DNA from: Candidatus Hodarchaeota archaeon
GTDB lineage: Archaea; Asgardarchaeota; Lokiarchaeia; Sigyniarchaeales; SOKP01
Assembly: GCA_048887225.1 (NCBI GenBank)
Contig: JBHLJY010000010.1
Location: forward strand, 1-64,000
Direction: 5' to 3'
Length of the DNA stretch: 64,000 nt
Below the pieces are notes generated by a model. The model made no database searches, was not told where the DNA came from, and was given only the letters and a program-made list of their open reading frames with translations. Below, in pieces: positions 29,554 through 39,728 of the stretch. The translations under genes and the position numbers were made by a program. Each line of letters begins with the position of its first letter. The first letter of the stretch is position 1.

Positions 29554-30438
29554 TTGAATCCGTTAATACTTATAGTAGATGATAATATTGATTTATTATT
29601 AAATCTACAAATGACCTTGGAATCCAATGATTATGAAGTTCTTTCCGCAAAAAATGGAATAGAAGCTATAGAAATTCTCATAGAACTTGATCGCCTTCCA
29701 GAAATCATTATAAGTGACATTATGATGCCTAAAATGAATGGATATGATTTATTTAAATCTTTATCAGAAAATCCAATTTGGAATCGTATTCCATTTATAT
29801 TTTTATCTGCTCGAGATGCGCCTGAAGATATTAGATTTGGAAAAATGTTAGGTATCGATGATTATATTATTAAACCATTTAGAGAAGAGGATTTACTCGC
29901 AATTGTTGCTGGAAAAATTTCTCGAAATAGAAACATTGAATTAATTAATAAAAAAATAGAAGAAATGTTCTCATCCTTGAAAATAGACATAACTCCTTCA
30001 ATTTCTGATAAAGAAAAAAGTCATATTATTTTGTTATGTATGTATTGGGATGATAAATATGGTCCTAAATTAATATCTCATTTTCCTAGAGATATAAATT
30101 TGCCATTTAAAATGGAAAAAGTAGGACAACAGTTATTTAATGCCATAACAACTCTTTATGGGTATGAAGATATAACCAAAGCTGAAGGAATTTTACTTAA
30201 TATTGAAAATATTAAAATGAATGGATTTATTTTCTTCGATTCATATAAAGATGTTACTGTAAGAGGGGGAGAGCAACAATATATGATAGGATTAGTTGCT
30301 TCCAAGATAAATTATTTTGAATCTTTAAAAATAAAGGAAATTTTTATAGAAATATCTTTAAAAATAAAAGAGAAGGAAAATTGGGAAATAGAAAAATACT
30401 GGGAAAAACTTTCAACCATTTTATCTTACCATTTTTAA
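29554..30438 (+). CDS. Response regulator receiver fused to a longin/uDENN-like domain
   Basis: Intact REC (DD, SDIMMP, KPF); C-terminal YWDDKYGPKL and KDVTVRGGEQQYMI motifs. Confidence 0.75.
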   Translation: MNPLILIVDDNIDLLLNLQMTLESNDYEVLSAKNGIEAIEILIELDRLPEIIISDIMMPKMNGYDLFKSLSENPIWNRIPFIFLSARDAPEDIRFGKMLGIDDYIIKPFREEDLLAIVAGKISRNRNIELINKKIEEMFSSLKIDITPSISDKEKSHIILLCMYWDDKYGPKLISHFPRDINLPFKMEKVGQQLFNAITTLYGYEDITKAEGILLNIENIKMNGFIFFDSYKDVTVRGGEQQYMIGLVASKINYFESLKIKEIFIEISLKIKEKENWEIEKYWEKLSTILSYHF

Positions 30439-30501
30439 ATGTCATATATGCTTTTAATAAAGAAAATAGATAAAGCAAAAAAGTTGTTGATATAGAATAA
30501 A

Positions 30502-31041
30502 TTGATTAAAAAATCAGGTATTAATATGAAAAAGAGTGTTAAAATCATTATCGCTGGAGACGGCGGAGTTGGAAAGACTACTTTCTTGCACAGATTCATC
30601 ACCGGCAAATTTTACTCTAAGTTCGAACTGACTAAAGGTGTCTCCTTTTTTAATAAAGATTTGAAAATAAATAGAGAAGTCTACCAATTGATATTATGGG
30701 ACTTTGCTGGACAACTTCAATTTAGAGAGCTTCTACCAGATTTTGTTAAAGGTTTGGTTGGTGCAATCCTTATGTTTGATTTATCTAGATTTGACACTTT
30801 AAAGAGATTAGATAATTGGGTAAAAATGATTAACAAAGAACAAATTGTTCCAATAATCATCGTAGGAGGCAAGTACGATTTAGTAAAGGATGAGATAGAG
30901 ACTATTCTGAATATAGACAATATTATCTTAAACTTTCTAATGAACAACGACACATGTTTCTCTTATTTAAAAACATCCTCAAAAACTGGATATAATGTAA
31001 AAAAAGCGTTCGATTTATTAATTTATGAACTCATTTTATAG
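30502..31041 (+). CDS. Rab/Ras-like small GTPase (likely start 30526)
   Basis: G1 GDGGVGKTT, G2 LTKG, G3 WDFAGQ, G4 GKYD, G5 TSSK. Confidence 0.92.
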   Translation: MIKKSGINMKKSVKIIIAGDGGVGKTTFLHRFITGKFYSKFELTKGVSFFNKDLKINREVYQLILWDFAGQLQFRELLPDFVKGLVGAILMFDLSRFDTLKRLDNWVKMINKEQIVPIIIVGGKYDLVKDEIETILNIDNIILNFLMNNDTCFSYLKTSSKTGYNVKKAFDLLIYELIL

Positions 31042-31279
31042 GTTGTTTAAAAAATTTCGATAAATATTTAATACAGATTTTATCGTTCCAATTGACTTTA
31101 ATTTTAAAAAATGTCGTTGTCAACTACAAGATCATTATTGGGAAAATAAATAAAAAAGCTTCAATAAGATTTTCGTTTCTTATTTTCCTTTGAAGTTTAA
31201 GTTTATACAATCTATATTTTAATTTATAAATTATAAATGGTAAAAATCACTTTCTTAAATAATAGACATTACATGAAAT

Positions 31280-31831
31280 TTGGGAATAAAAATGATTAGC
31301 GATAAATTAAAATTAGATGATATAGACCGTAAAATAATATCATTAGTTCAAGAATATCCAGATATGACGCACACACAAATAGCAGAAAAAATCGAACGGT
31401 CGCAACCTACGGTTGGAATGCGAATTAAGAAGCTTGAAAAGTCGGGGGTTTTACAATTCCAGCCAGGAATAAATTTTAAAAAAGTTGAGCTTTTTTTAGC
31501 AACTGTTGAATTAAATACAAAAGATCCCGATATAGTAATGGATATGGCAAAATGTTGTCCATTTATGCTCAATGCATTTAGAGTTAGTGGTGAGCATAAT
31601 GTATGCGTTCTTTTGGCGAGTTCAAACCTAGAAAAACTTGAAAACGTTGTTAATTACCATTTTCGTGGTAAACCAGATGTAAGTAGGGTTTCAATGGAAG
31701 TCATAACGGAGATTGCAAATGATTTAATAATGCCAATAGATTTTGATTCTGAAATCCATGAACCAACATTAGAAAGTGGCTGTGGCGAGAAATGTAAATT
31801 TCTCATTGCTAAAAAAGAAGGTAGGATTTAA
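31280..31831 (+). CDS. Lrp/AsnC-family regulator
   Basis: LDDIDRKII...IAEKIERSQPTVGMRIKKLE HTH; RAM domain RVSGEH. Confidence 0.9.
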   Translation: MGIKMISDKLKLDDIDRKIISLVQEYPDMTHTQIAEKIERSQPTVGMRIKKLEKSGVLQFQPGINFKKVELFLATVELNTKDPDIVMDMAKCCPFMLNAFRVSGEHNVCVLLASSNLEKLENVVNYHFRGKPDVSRVSMEVITEIANDLIMPIDFDSEIHEPTLESGCGEKCKFLIAKKEGRI

Positions 31832-31845
31832 AAAAAAGAATTCAC

Positions 31846-32424
31846 TTATTCTTCTTTTTCGATATCTTGAAACTTAAACTTTGGTAAATCTTCCTTTAAA
31901 TGACAATCTGGTCCGCAATATCGACCGTTAAAATTCTCAATTTGGAAGTCAATAGGGACAACAAAGTCGTGAATGCTGTCTATTAAAATATTAGTTTTTA
32001 CGTTAATTACGTCGTTATCTTTACGAAAGCATAAATCAATCAATCTCTCAATAGTTTGTAGGTCGGAAGCTGAAATAAAACACAAGAGATTGAATTCTCC
32101 GCTGATTTTAAAAGCATGATTAATAAAAGGGCAGTCTTGAATTTTTTCTACAATCTTATCAACATCTTTTGTAGATATAAATACAATCGCAACTTTAATA
32201 TCAACTTTCTTGATATTAAATCCAACTTGTTTTGTTAGGAGATGTTTACGCTCTAGTTTTATTATTCTAGCTCCTACTGCTGGTTGACTCTTTTCAATTT
32301 CTTTCGCTATATCTGAGTGTGTAATGTCTGGATCTTTTTCTATCATCTCGATGATTTTTTTATCATCGTCATCAATACTTAATAACTCATTAAAATTTTT
32401 TTTCTTCATGGTCATTATGAACAT
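31846..32424 (-). CDS. Lrp/AsnC-family regulator (paralog, convergent)
   Basis: IDDDDKKII...SQPAVGARIIKLE; KISGEF. Confidence 0.9.
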   Translation of the reverse strand: MFIMTMKKKNFNELLSIDDDDKKIIEMIEKDPDITHSDIAKEIEKSQPAVGARIIKLERKHLLTKQVGFNIKKVDIKVAIVFISTKDVDKIVEKIQDCPFINHAFKISGEFNLLCFISASDLQTIERLIDLCFRKDNDVINVKTNILIDSIHDFVVPIDFQIENFNGRYCGPDCHLKEDLPKFKFQDIEKEE

Positions 32425-32559
32425 AACTCCTAATAATAAAAATTTAGTTTTTACACTTAAAAATCTTTTTAAGTGGATTGCTGTTAATTAATAAAATTAT
32501 TTGAAGTTATTATTTTATTTTATAAATTTCTGAAAAAAAATAAAAACAAATAATAAACT

Positions 32560-33078
32560 CTATAATACTTCAAGTATGGCGTCTATGTCGAGCCAGCCCT
32601 GTTTTGCGTGGATTAATGTCCCATCAGTATCAACAACAAATTGTCCAGGACCTTGTTGCTCCCACCCTTCGTATTCACCATGTTCTATTCCGGCTTTTAA
32701 GGTTTCTTTCAGCTTACTCCTTACCTGTTTTATTGCTTCAGATGTCATCATACCCAATCCATAATCTTTGTATAATTCATCTTTTGAGCTGGGAATTACT
32801 GGAAAACTGATATTTTTCTTTTCAATAAATTCTTTTGCTACTTTTTCACCAGACTGCGTTATATATAATATTTTAGCTCCTTTATGAATAATCTCAAATA
32901 ATCTAGCTAACAATCTATTTAGGTCTAAATGGCAAATAGGACATCCAAAATATCTTGAAAAAATTATAACGATTTTTTGTTTACCTATTTCCTCCGCTAA
33001 ATCAATTGTACCTGCATTATATGAGTCCAATTTAAATAAAGGTGCCTTATCTCCAACTTTTATTTCATTTACGCCCAT
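32560..33078 (-). CDS. Peroxiredoxin-like (AhpC/TSA) redoxin
   Basis: VGDKAPLFKL, FSRYFGCPIC, QQGPGQFVV. Confidence 0.82.
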   Translation of the reverse strand: MGVNEIKVGDKAPLFKLDSYNAGTIDLAEEIGKQKIVIIFSRYFGCPICHLDLNRLLARLFEIIHKGAKILYITQSGEKVAKEFIEKKNISFPVIPSSKDELYKDYGLGMMTSEAIKQVRSKLKETLKAGIEHGEYEGWEQQGPGQFVVDTDGTLIHAKQGWLDIDAILEVL

Positions 33079-33279
33079 ATTTTTTCACTTAAAAATTTGA
33101 TTTCATCTAAAAGTTACAAATTTAATTTTTAAAATTCAATAGATATATTTTTTTCTTAAAGAAAATAAATATTTCATATTAAATTCATTAAAAGGTTTTA
33201 ATATTTAATTTTAATATTTAATATAAGATAAAAATATAGTAAATCAATTCATTTAATGTTAAAATTCGAATAGAAAAAA

Positions 33280-34086
33280 GTGATTTATAAATTGGTAAAA
33301 AAAGAGTATATTTGCGACGCAGGTAAGAAAAGTAAAATTGTTATTGAAGATTTTACTGTTCAGATTAAAGAAGGTTCAACATTAATATTAGGATTTGCGG
33401 GTATTGGTTTAATAGGCCCTATTATAGCAAATCAACTCATAGAACAAGTCCCAGACATCAAAGAAATAGGATTTCTTGTTTCAGATTATTTACCACCAAT
33501 ATCTGTGTTTTATGAAGGTGTTTTAAAACATCCATTTCGATTACTTTATTCTCCTACACACAACATAATTGTTGGTGTTTGCGAAGTACCTTTCCAAACT
33601 CCATCTGCGTATAATGACTTGGCAAAGACTATATGTAATTGGGCATTATCAGAAGACGTTCATGCAAAAGAAATTGTCATTTTTCAAGGCATACCGCAGC
33701 GGGGGATAATAGACGATTATCCCGTTTATTATGCTGCCGAAGCTGAGATGATAGATATCCTTGAAAAGCATGGTATTGCGAAAGTTGAAAAAGGAATTAT
33801 CGTCGGCCCTGAAGCGACTGTTTTAAATGAAGCTTTAACTAATAGATTAAGATCTTATGCTCTCTTTACACCTGTGTTAGAAATTCCTACGCCAGAAGGT
33901 GCAGCTGCGATAATTGAAGTCTTAAACGATATTTATAATTTAAAACTTGATACATCTAAGCTTATAGAGGAAGGAAAAGAAATTAAAGCCAAAATGTTAG
34001 AATTAGCACAGAAAGCGCAACAATATCAGAGACAACAACAACTTCCAGAAACGGGGAAAGAGGGATATACCCAATATTTTCAATAG
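33280..34086 (+). CDS. PAC2-family proteasome assembly chaperone
   Basis: GFAGIGLIG, LPP...HPFRL, PTPEGAAAII, LIEEGKEI; aromatic C-terminus QYFQ. Confidence 0.85.
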   Translation: MIYKLVKKEYICDAGKKSKIVIEDFTVQIKEGSTLILGFAGIGLIGPIIANQLIEQVPDIKEIGFLVSDYLPPISVFYEGVLKHPFRLLYSPTHNIIVGVCEVPFQTPSAYNDLAKTICNWALSEDVHAKEIVIFQGIPQRGIIDDYPVYYAAEAEMIDILEKHGIAKVEKGIIVGPEATVLNEALTNRLRSYALFTPVLEIPTPEGAAAIIEVLNDIYNLKLDTSKLIEEGKEIKAKMLELAQKAQQYQRQQQLPETGKEGYTQYFQ

Positions 34087-34178
34087 TCTAAATTTTTATT
34101 ATAAAATTTAAATGTGAACAATCCTGCCCAAAAAAATCGATAAAACTTGTTAAATTTGAACCCTACTAACTAATTTAT

Positions 34179-34595
34179 TTAACTTATTGCTAACCCTACA
34201 AAGATTAAAGTAAAGATTATCATAATGATAAAATAGATAATTAATCCAATTATAAATAAATAAACAATAATTCCGAGTACGAGTGTTATACTCTCTTTAT
34301 ATTCTTTACTATAGATTTTTGAAGCTATATAGGTGCCGATAAGAAGATTAATTAATGTTGATATTATCAATGCTAAAAAAAAACCATAGATGATAAAACT
34401 GAAGCTAATGAGAAGTATAATGTTAACAACGAACCAAAATAAATTCAATATTTTAGTCGACTTATTAATATTGCCCCAATCTTTCGTTATTAATCTCCAT
34501 CTTGTTATAAATATACTAAGTAGAAATAGTATTATTGAGGTTGCAATAGCAATAATTATATTTAATATTATTATGTTAGGACTTTTAACGAGCAT
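34179..34595 (-). CDS. Hypothetical 4-TM membrane protein
   Basis: Four hydrophobic segments. Confidence 0.55.
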   Translation of the reverse strand: MLVKSPNIIILNIIIAIATSIILFLLSIFITRWRLITKDWGNINKSTKILNLFWFVVNIILLISFSFIIYGFFLALIISTLINLLIGTYIASKIYSKEYKESITLVLGIIVYLFIIGLIIYFIIMIIFTLIFVGLAIS

Positions 34596-34636
34596 TATCA
34601 GATTTTTATCAATTATTTCAAATTATATTTAAATAT

Positions 34637-35194
34637 CTAATTATTTTCTTTTATTTTCCTTAAAAGAGTTTTTTTAACCTCATCAAAATCGGATAATACT
34701 ACGATTCCCTCCATCCTTTTCAATTTTTTTATATTTTCAAGTTCGATATCTCTTATTTTTAAAATTAGGGGTGAACCATCTGGTCTGGCCGTTACAATAG
34801 GTTCTAAGTGTTGATCTGAAGGGAATAAATATACAGGAATGCCTCCTTTTATTGTTTGAGCTACGCAATTTGTTATTAAAGTGTCAGCAATTCCAACTAC
34901 AATTTTTGCTACAGTATTCGCGGAAACAGGGCATACTAAGAAGAGATCATATTTTCCAAGCTGAAGTGGTCCTGCTATAAAGGGTTTATTTGGAGTGATT
35001 TCAACTTTAACATTTTTTATAACTTCATTTAAATATTCCCACTGTTTATAGATCTTAACAACTACAGCACCCTCTTTTGATATTATTACAGTAATTTTAA
35101 TATCTTGGTTCTCTTGCAAAGATTTCATTAAATCTATAGATTCTTTTAGAACATATCCCGTTCCAGTAATTCCCCATACAATTTTGAAGGTCAT
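34637..35194 (-). CDS. Archaeal flavoprotein (AfpA/dihydromethanopterin reductase-like, HFCD fold)
   Basis: WGITGTG, GPLQLGKYD, PVSANTVAKIVVGIADTL, PSD. Confidence 0.8.
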   Translation of the reverse strand: MTFKIVWGITGTGYVLKESIDLMKSLQENQDIKITVIISKEGAVVVKIYKQWEYLNEVIKNVKVEITPNKPFIAGPLQLGKYDLFLVCPVSANTVAKIVVGIADTLITNCVAQTIKGGIPVYLFPSDQHLEPIVTARPDGSPLILKIRDIELENIKKLKRMEGIVVLSDFDEVKKTLLRKIKENN

Positions 35195-35343
35195 ATTAAA
35201 AATATTTAAAATTTGAATTTTGTTATTTCTTCTAATAAATAGTAAAGGATTAAATTAAAATTTTTAAAATTTAAACAAAACAAATAAAAGATTAGGAGTT
35301 ATATAGCAATAGTTGAGAATTAAAAATTAATGGTAAATCGTAT

Positions 35344-36570
35344 ATGAGTCCTTCTAAGTATGCCTATTTAGATTATAACGCAACTACACCAATGGACCCA
35401 CGAGTGATCGAAGAAATAAATAAACATTTTAAGGAAACATATGGTAATGCTTCAAGTTTACATTCAATGGGTCAGAGAGCACATCATGTAATGGAGCAAT
35501 CTAGAGAGACGATTGCCTCATTAATTAATGCCGATAATGAAGATATTTTTTTCACATCATCAGGTACTGAAGCAGACAATCTTGCTATTAAAGGTGTAGC
35601 ATTCAAATGCAAAGATCGTGGCAATCATATTATTACATCGTCGATAGAGCATCATGCGGTCGAAAATCCCTGTAAAGAACTCGAGAAAGAGGGCTATAAA
35701 GTTACTTTTTTGCCAGTTGATAAATATGGATTAATTGATTTGAATGAATTTGAGAATACTATAACTGACAAAACAATTTTAATTACCATTATATTTGCCA
35801 ATAATGAAATTGGTACTATAGAGCCAATTAAGGAGATAGGGGAGATCGCAAAAAAACATGATATAATTTTTCACACGGATGCTGTCCAAGCGATTGGAAA
35901 AATTCCGATAGATGTCCAAGATATGAATATTGATTTATTATCTGCGAGTGCTCATAAGCTCTACGGTCCTAAGGGGATTGGTATGCTCTATATCCGTAAT
36001 AAGGGAAAGAGAAAAGGATGGGGCAAATATATTGAGCCACTTATGCACGGAGGAGGACATGAAAGAAAAATGAGGCCTAGTACTGAAGCTGTTCCTTTAA
36101 TAGCAGGTTTTGCTAAGGCTGTCGAACTTTGTAGAGAAGATATGACAAAAGAAATGGAGCGGCAAACAAAACTTCGAGATAAAATCATTAAAACCGTTAC
36201 TGAAAATATTGAAGATAGCTATTTGAATGGTCATCCAACGCAACGTCTCCCAAATAATGTTAATTTAGGCTTTCAGTTCATAGAAGGTGAATCGATTTTA
36301 CTAAGTTTAGACATAGAAAATATAGCAGCTAGTACGGGTTCGGCATGTTCTTCAAAATCATTGGAAGCTTCTCACGTTTTATTGGCGATAGGCTTAAAAC
36401 CAGAAGAAGCGCATGGTTCATTAAGGATTTCATTTGGTAGATTTACAACTGAAGAGGATATTGATTATTTTCTTGAAAAGCTACCTCCAATCATTGAACG
36501 GTTAAGAAATATGTCGCCGCTCAGGAAGGGAGTTAAATATATGTTTGATGAAACTGAGCATCATCACTGA
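35344..36570 (+). CDS. iscS: Cysteine desulfurase
   Basis: YLDYNATTP, TSSGTEADN, HTDAVQ, SAHKLYGPKG, STGSACSS. Confidence 0.95.
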   Translation: MSPSKYAYLDYNATTPMDPRVIEEINKHFKETYGNASSLHSMGQRAHHVMEQSRETIASLINADNEDIFFTSSGTEADNLAIKGVAFKCKDRGNHIITSSIEHHAVENPCKELEKEGYKVTFLPVDKYGLIDLNEFENTITDKTILITIIFANNEIGTIEPIKEIGEIAKKHDIIFHTDAVQAIGKIPIDVQDMNIDLLSASAHKLYGPKGIGMLYIRNKGKRKGWGKYIEPLMHGGGHERKMRPSTEAVPLIAGFAKAVELCREDMTKEMERQTKLRDKIIKTVTENIEDSYLNGHPTQRLPNNVNLGFQFIEGESILLSLDIENIAASTGSACSSKSLEASHVLLAIGLKPEEAHGSLRISFGRFTTEEDIDYFLEKLPPIIERLRNMSPLRKGVKYMFDETEHHH

Positions 36571-37106
36571 TGAATCTTCCTAAATTCATCCTCTAAAATA
36601 CTCATAAAATACATATTTACAAAATTTCCTTCTATCATATAGTGGTCCCTTAAATTTCCTTCTTCAATAAATCCACACTTTTTATAAACGTAGATTCCAA
36701 TTTGATTATCTTCGGCAACATATAGATAAACTTTATGAAGCTGATGCTCATTAAAGGCATGATCAAGAAGCAAATTAACTGCACGAATACCATGCCCCTT
36801 GTTTCTTTCACTTTTATTACCAATGGTTATAGAGAGACAACCGTGTTTAGAAGGCCAATGAATCTGTTCAATCGCAACATTACCTAAATAAGTTCCAGTT
36901 TCATTTTCTATCGCGTAGAAAAAATCAACTTTACTTTTTATCTTACTTTCAAGCCATTCAGCTTCCTCCTCTCGTGTGAAAGGTTTAGTAAAATACGCAT
37001 AACGGTAAACGACTTCTGGGTCATTTACCCACGTCATAATCTTATCAAGATCATCCATAGTTAAGGGTCTAATTTTTGTCTCTTTATATTCGAGCAACTT
37101 TAACAC
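36564..37106 (-). CDS. GNAT acetyltransferase (RimJ/RimL/SpeG-like)
   Basis: RNKGHG motif A, LHKVYL, YKKCGFIEEG. Confidence 0.88.
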   Translation of the reverse strand: MLKLLEYKETKIRPLTMDDLDKIMTWVNDPEVVYRYAYFTKPFTREEEAEWLESKIKSKVDFFYAIENETGTYLGNVAIEQIHWPSKHGCLSITIGNKSERNKGHGIRAVNLLLDHAFNEHQLHKVYLYVAEDNQIGIYVYKKCGFIEEGNLRDHYMIEGNFVNMYFMSILEDEFRKIHQ

Positions 37107-37302
37107 CTAAATTATTTTGTATTTTAATGAAAATTACAGAATTTATACTCTTTTAGATAGCAAAAAAGTTAAAGATTTTCTTTTTTAAAATTAAATGGGG
37201 ATAACCTCAAATTTAAATCGATTTTTTTTCTTATTTTAAAAAAGCTAATTTTTTCGTTTCCAAAATTGATAAATTTCGTAAAAATTAATTTATTGGCGAG
37301 AT

Positions 37303-39567
37303 TTGTTTGAAATAATGAGTACTGAGAAATTTATATTCAACAATAAAACAATCGCAATCGAAGAAAAAAAAGAGTTGGATTCTTCTTACAAAATAAAATC
37401 TTATAAGAAAAAAATGGAAATGATTGAAAAAAAGAAAATTCCTCAAAAAGAGATTTTGGAAGTTATTAATCACTTATTCACGAAAAATCCATTTCTCTCA
37501 AAAAAAACTAAAAATTCTGTATCAAAAATAATTTATTCTAAAGAGGACAGTATAATTATTGCTATAACCAACCACGGAAAAGAGTTTATTTGGAATCGGG
37601 ACAAATTTATTAGGGAATATGGCTGGTTTTTCTTTGTTTCTGAGACCGAAGATGGAAGTGCCCCAAAAAAGAAAGCGAAAAAAGTAAATAAAGAAGAAGT
37701 CACTGTTAGCACAAATGAATATGAGTTTAAAGACAACAAGATTCTACTAAAACAAAAAGAAAATATGCGAGGATTGTATAAAACTAAAGAATATTTCAAG
37801 TATTTTAAACTCGTAAATTCGAAAAAAATCCCTCAAAAACCAATTAAAGAGGTATTGGATGAGTTTTTTGCAGATGATAAAATCCTAGAAAAGGAAAAGT
37901 TAACTGTTCAAAGAATCAATTATTATATTGATGAGAAAGTAATAGTCATTAAATCTATTATTGGAGATAAAATGTATGAAAATCTTGAATGGTTAGTTAA
38001 GCAACATGGATGGTACTTCTATATCACAGGTGTGCCCGTCGGAGATAGTGCTATTTCACTTGCTATTGATAAAATTGAGAGAAGATTTAATGCTGATTAT
38101 TTTAAAAATATTAGTCTTAATGATCACAGTGAATCAGAAAAAATTAGAGTTTCAATTTATCCTCTTGTCTTAAGACCTAATCATAACTGTATAATTCTAG
38201 GATTAGGTGAAATCACGATCTTGTTAGATTGCGGAATTGATTTAGAACATTATTCTCGATATATTGAAGATTATCTCGCATATTTACCTCAGTATATTAA
38301 AGACGCTGAAGGAGGTGTTGGGATTGATGAATCTGAAAATGAAAATGAAACAATTGCTTTCACGCCTAAACTTGACGCTATCTTTATCTCCCATAGTCAT
38401 TTCGATCATATTTCTGGTCTAAAAGATTTAATCAAAAAATATCCTGATATTCCAATTCTCTGTTCTCGCATTACCTTGGATTTATATCTGCTTAGAGATT
38501 CAGAGTTCTTGAAGCAGTATAGCCACGATATTATTGAAGACGAGGAATATCAGAAAGTTATCAGAAATGTAATTTATGTAGAAAACGGAGATAAGATGGA
38601 ATTCAAGAATCGAAATTGTTTTTTATCCTTTTTCCATGCAGGACATATGCCAGGCGCTTTAATGCTAATGGCTAAAATTAATGATTTTAGATTCCTTTAT
38701 ACAGGAGATTATACTTATTATGATATTACACCTTTTGCAGGAACCCAAAGATTTTTGGAGCAAATTTCGAGACCGCTGGACTTTCTCTTAATTGATGCCT
38801 CATGTGCATATGAGGAATTTGGTGATCCATCACATCAATTTCAAGATTTAATTCTTTTCTTAGAACAAAAAGCAGAATATGGAGATAATTGCCTAATCGG
38901 TGCTGACCCATCAAGCCTCGCAGTTAGTTTTATGCTGATATTTTGGCGTCATTTTCGCAAGCTTCAATTAAAAAAAGGGTATGAAAAGAGACCTAATATT
39001 TACGTTGATCAAATGGTTCGAAAGAACATTCAAGTACTAAATCATCGTTATGAATATATTTATGGTCCTATCTCGAGATTAATTCGAGATAAAGCCAATC
39101 CTTTTAATTCTATTAAAATAAGATGGTTCGATCTCGAAGATTTAGAATTTCTACGAAAAAAGAATAACATCATAATTTCTCATCCTCCCGATCTTTCATA
39201 TGGAATTATTAGAAATATAATTAATGTGATCGGGAGAAATTCACATAATATAGTATATCTCTCAGGAGCAATTCACGAGCAACCGGGATTAGATCTTATT
39301 GGAGGTGCAGATGAAATATCCTTTTCAGAAACTTGGAAAGTGCCAATTAGAGCTTTATTGTTAAACACGTTTGCACCTCAATTGAAGATTAAGCTTCATG
39401 GAGACAAAAAACAATTAACAGAAATGATAAAAAATCTTGAACCTAAAGAAGTATGTTTTTTTCACCAAAGTCCCGTTAAACTATATGAGGTTGTGGAATA
39501 TGTAAAAGATTTAGGTGTAGAAAAAGTGAGCGTGCCTCAAAAAAGAAAATTTATAGTATTAAATTGA
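37303..39567 (+). CDS. Metallo-beta-lactamase/beta-CASP ribonuclease with a duplicated N-terminal domain
   Basis: LLDCG, SHSHFDH, AGHMPG, YTGDY, LHGD. Confidence 0.8.
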   Translation: MFEIMSTEKFIFNNKTIAIEEKKELDSSYKIKSYKKKMEMIEKKKIPQKEILEVINHLFTKNPFLSKKTKNSVSKIIYSKEDSIIIAITNHGKEFIWNRDKFIREYGWFFFVSETEDGSAPKKKAKKVNKEEVTVSTNEYEFKDNKILLKQKENMRGLYKTKEYFKYFKLVNSKKIPQKPIKEVLDEFFADDKILEKEKLTVQRINYYIDEKVIVIKSIIGDKMYENLEWLVKQHGWYFYITGVPVGDSAISLAIDKIERRFNADYFKNISLNDHSESEKIRVSIYPLVLRPNHNCIILGLGEITILLDCGIDLEHYSRYIEDYLAYLPQYIKDAEGGVGIDESENENETIAFTPKLDAIFISHSHFDHISGLKDLIKKYPDIPILCSRITLDLYLLRDSEFLKQYSHDIIEDEEYQKVIRNVIYVENGDKMEFKNRNCFLSFFHAGHMPGALMLMAKINDFRFLYTGDYTYYDITPFAGTQRFLEQISRPLDFLLIDASCAYEEFGDPSHQFQDLILFLEQKAEYGDNCLIGADPSSLAVSFMLIFWRHFRKLQLKKGYEKRPNIYVDQMVRKNIQVLNHRYEYIYGPISRLIRDKANPFNSIKIRWFDLEDLEFLRKKNNIIISHPPDLSYGIIRNIINVIGRNSHNIVYLSGAIHEQPGLDLIGGADEISFSETWKVPIRALLLNTFAPQLKIKLHGDKKQLTEMIKNLEPKEVCFFHQSPVKLYEVVEYVKDLGVEKVSVPQKRKFIVLN

Positions 39568-39728
39568 ATTTAGCAGATTCTTAATTAATTATTTATCAAT
39601 ATTTATGAGATTTTAGAAAATTTCAATAAATATGAGAAATTGATATTTTATCATTTATAAACATTAAATTTTAAATCCTATGACCCTATTTAGATATGGG
39701 AAAAATATTTTTATCAAGGTATTAAGAA

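Noticed and set aside
32560-33078. Possible selenoprotein among the redox genes
   Set aside because: This redoxin and the PDO/TrxB have ordinary Cys motifs; no in-frame TGA at a catalytic position and no convincing SECIS seen
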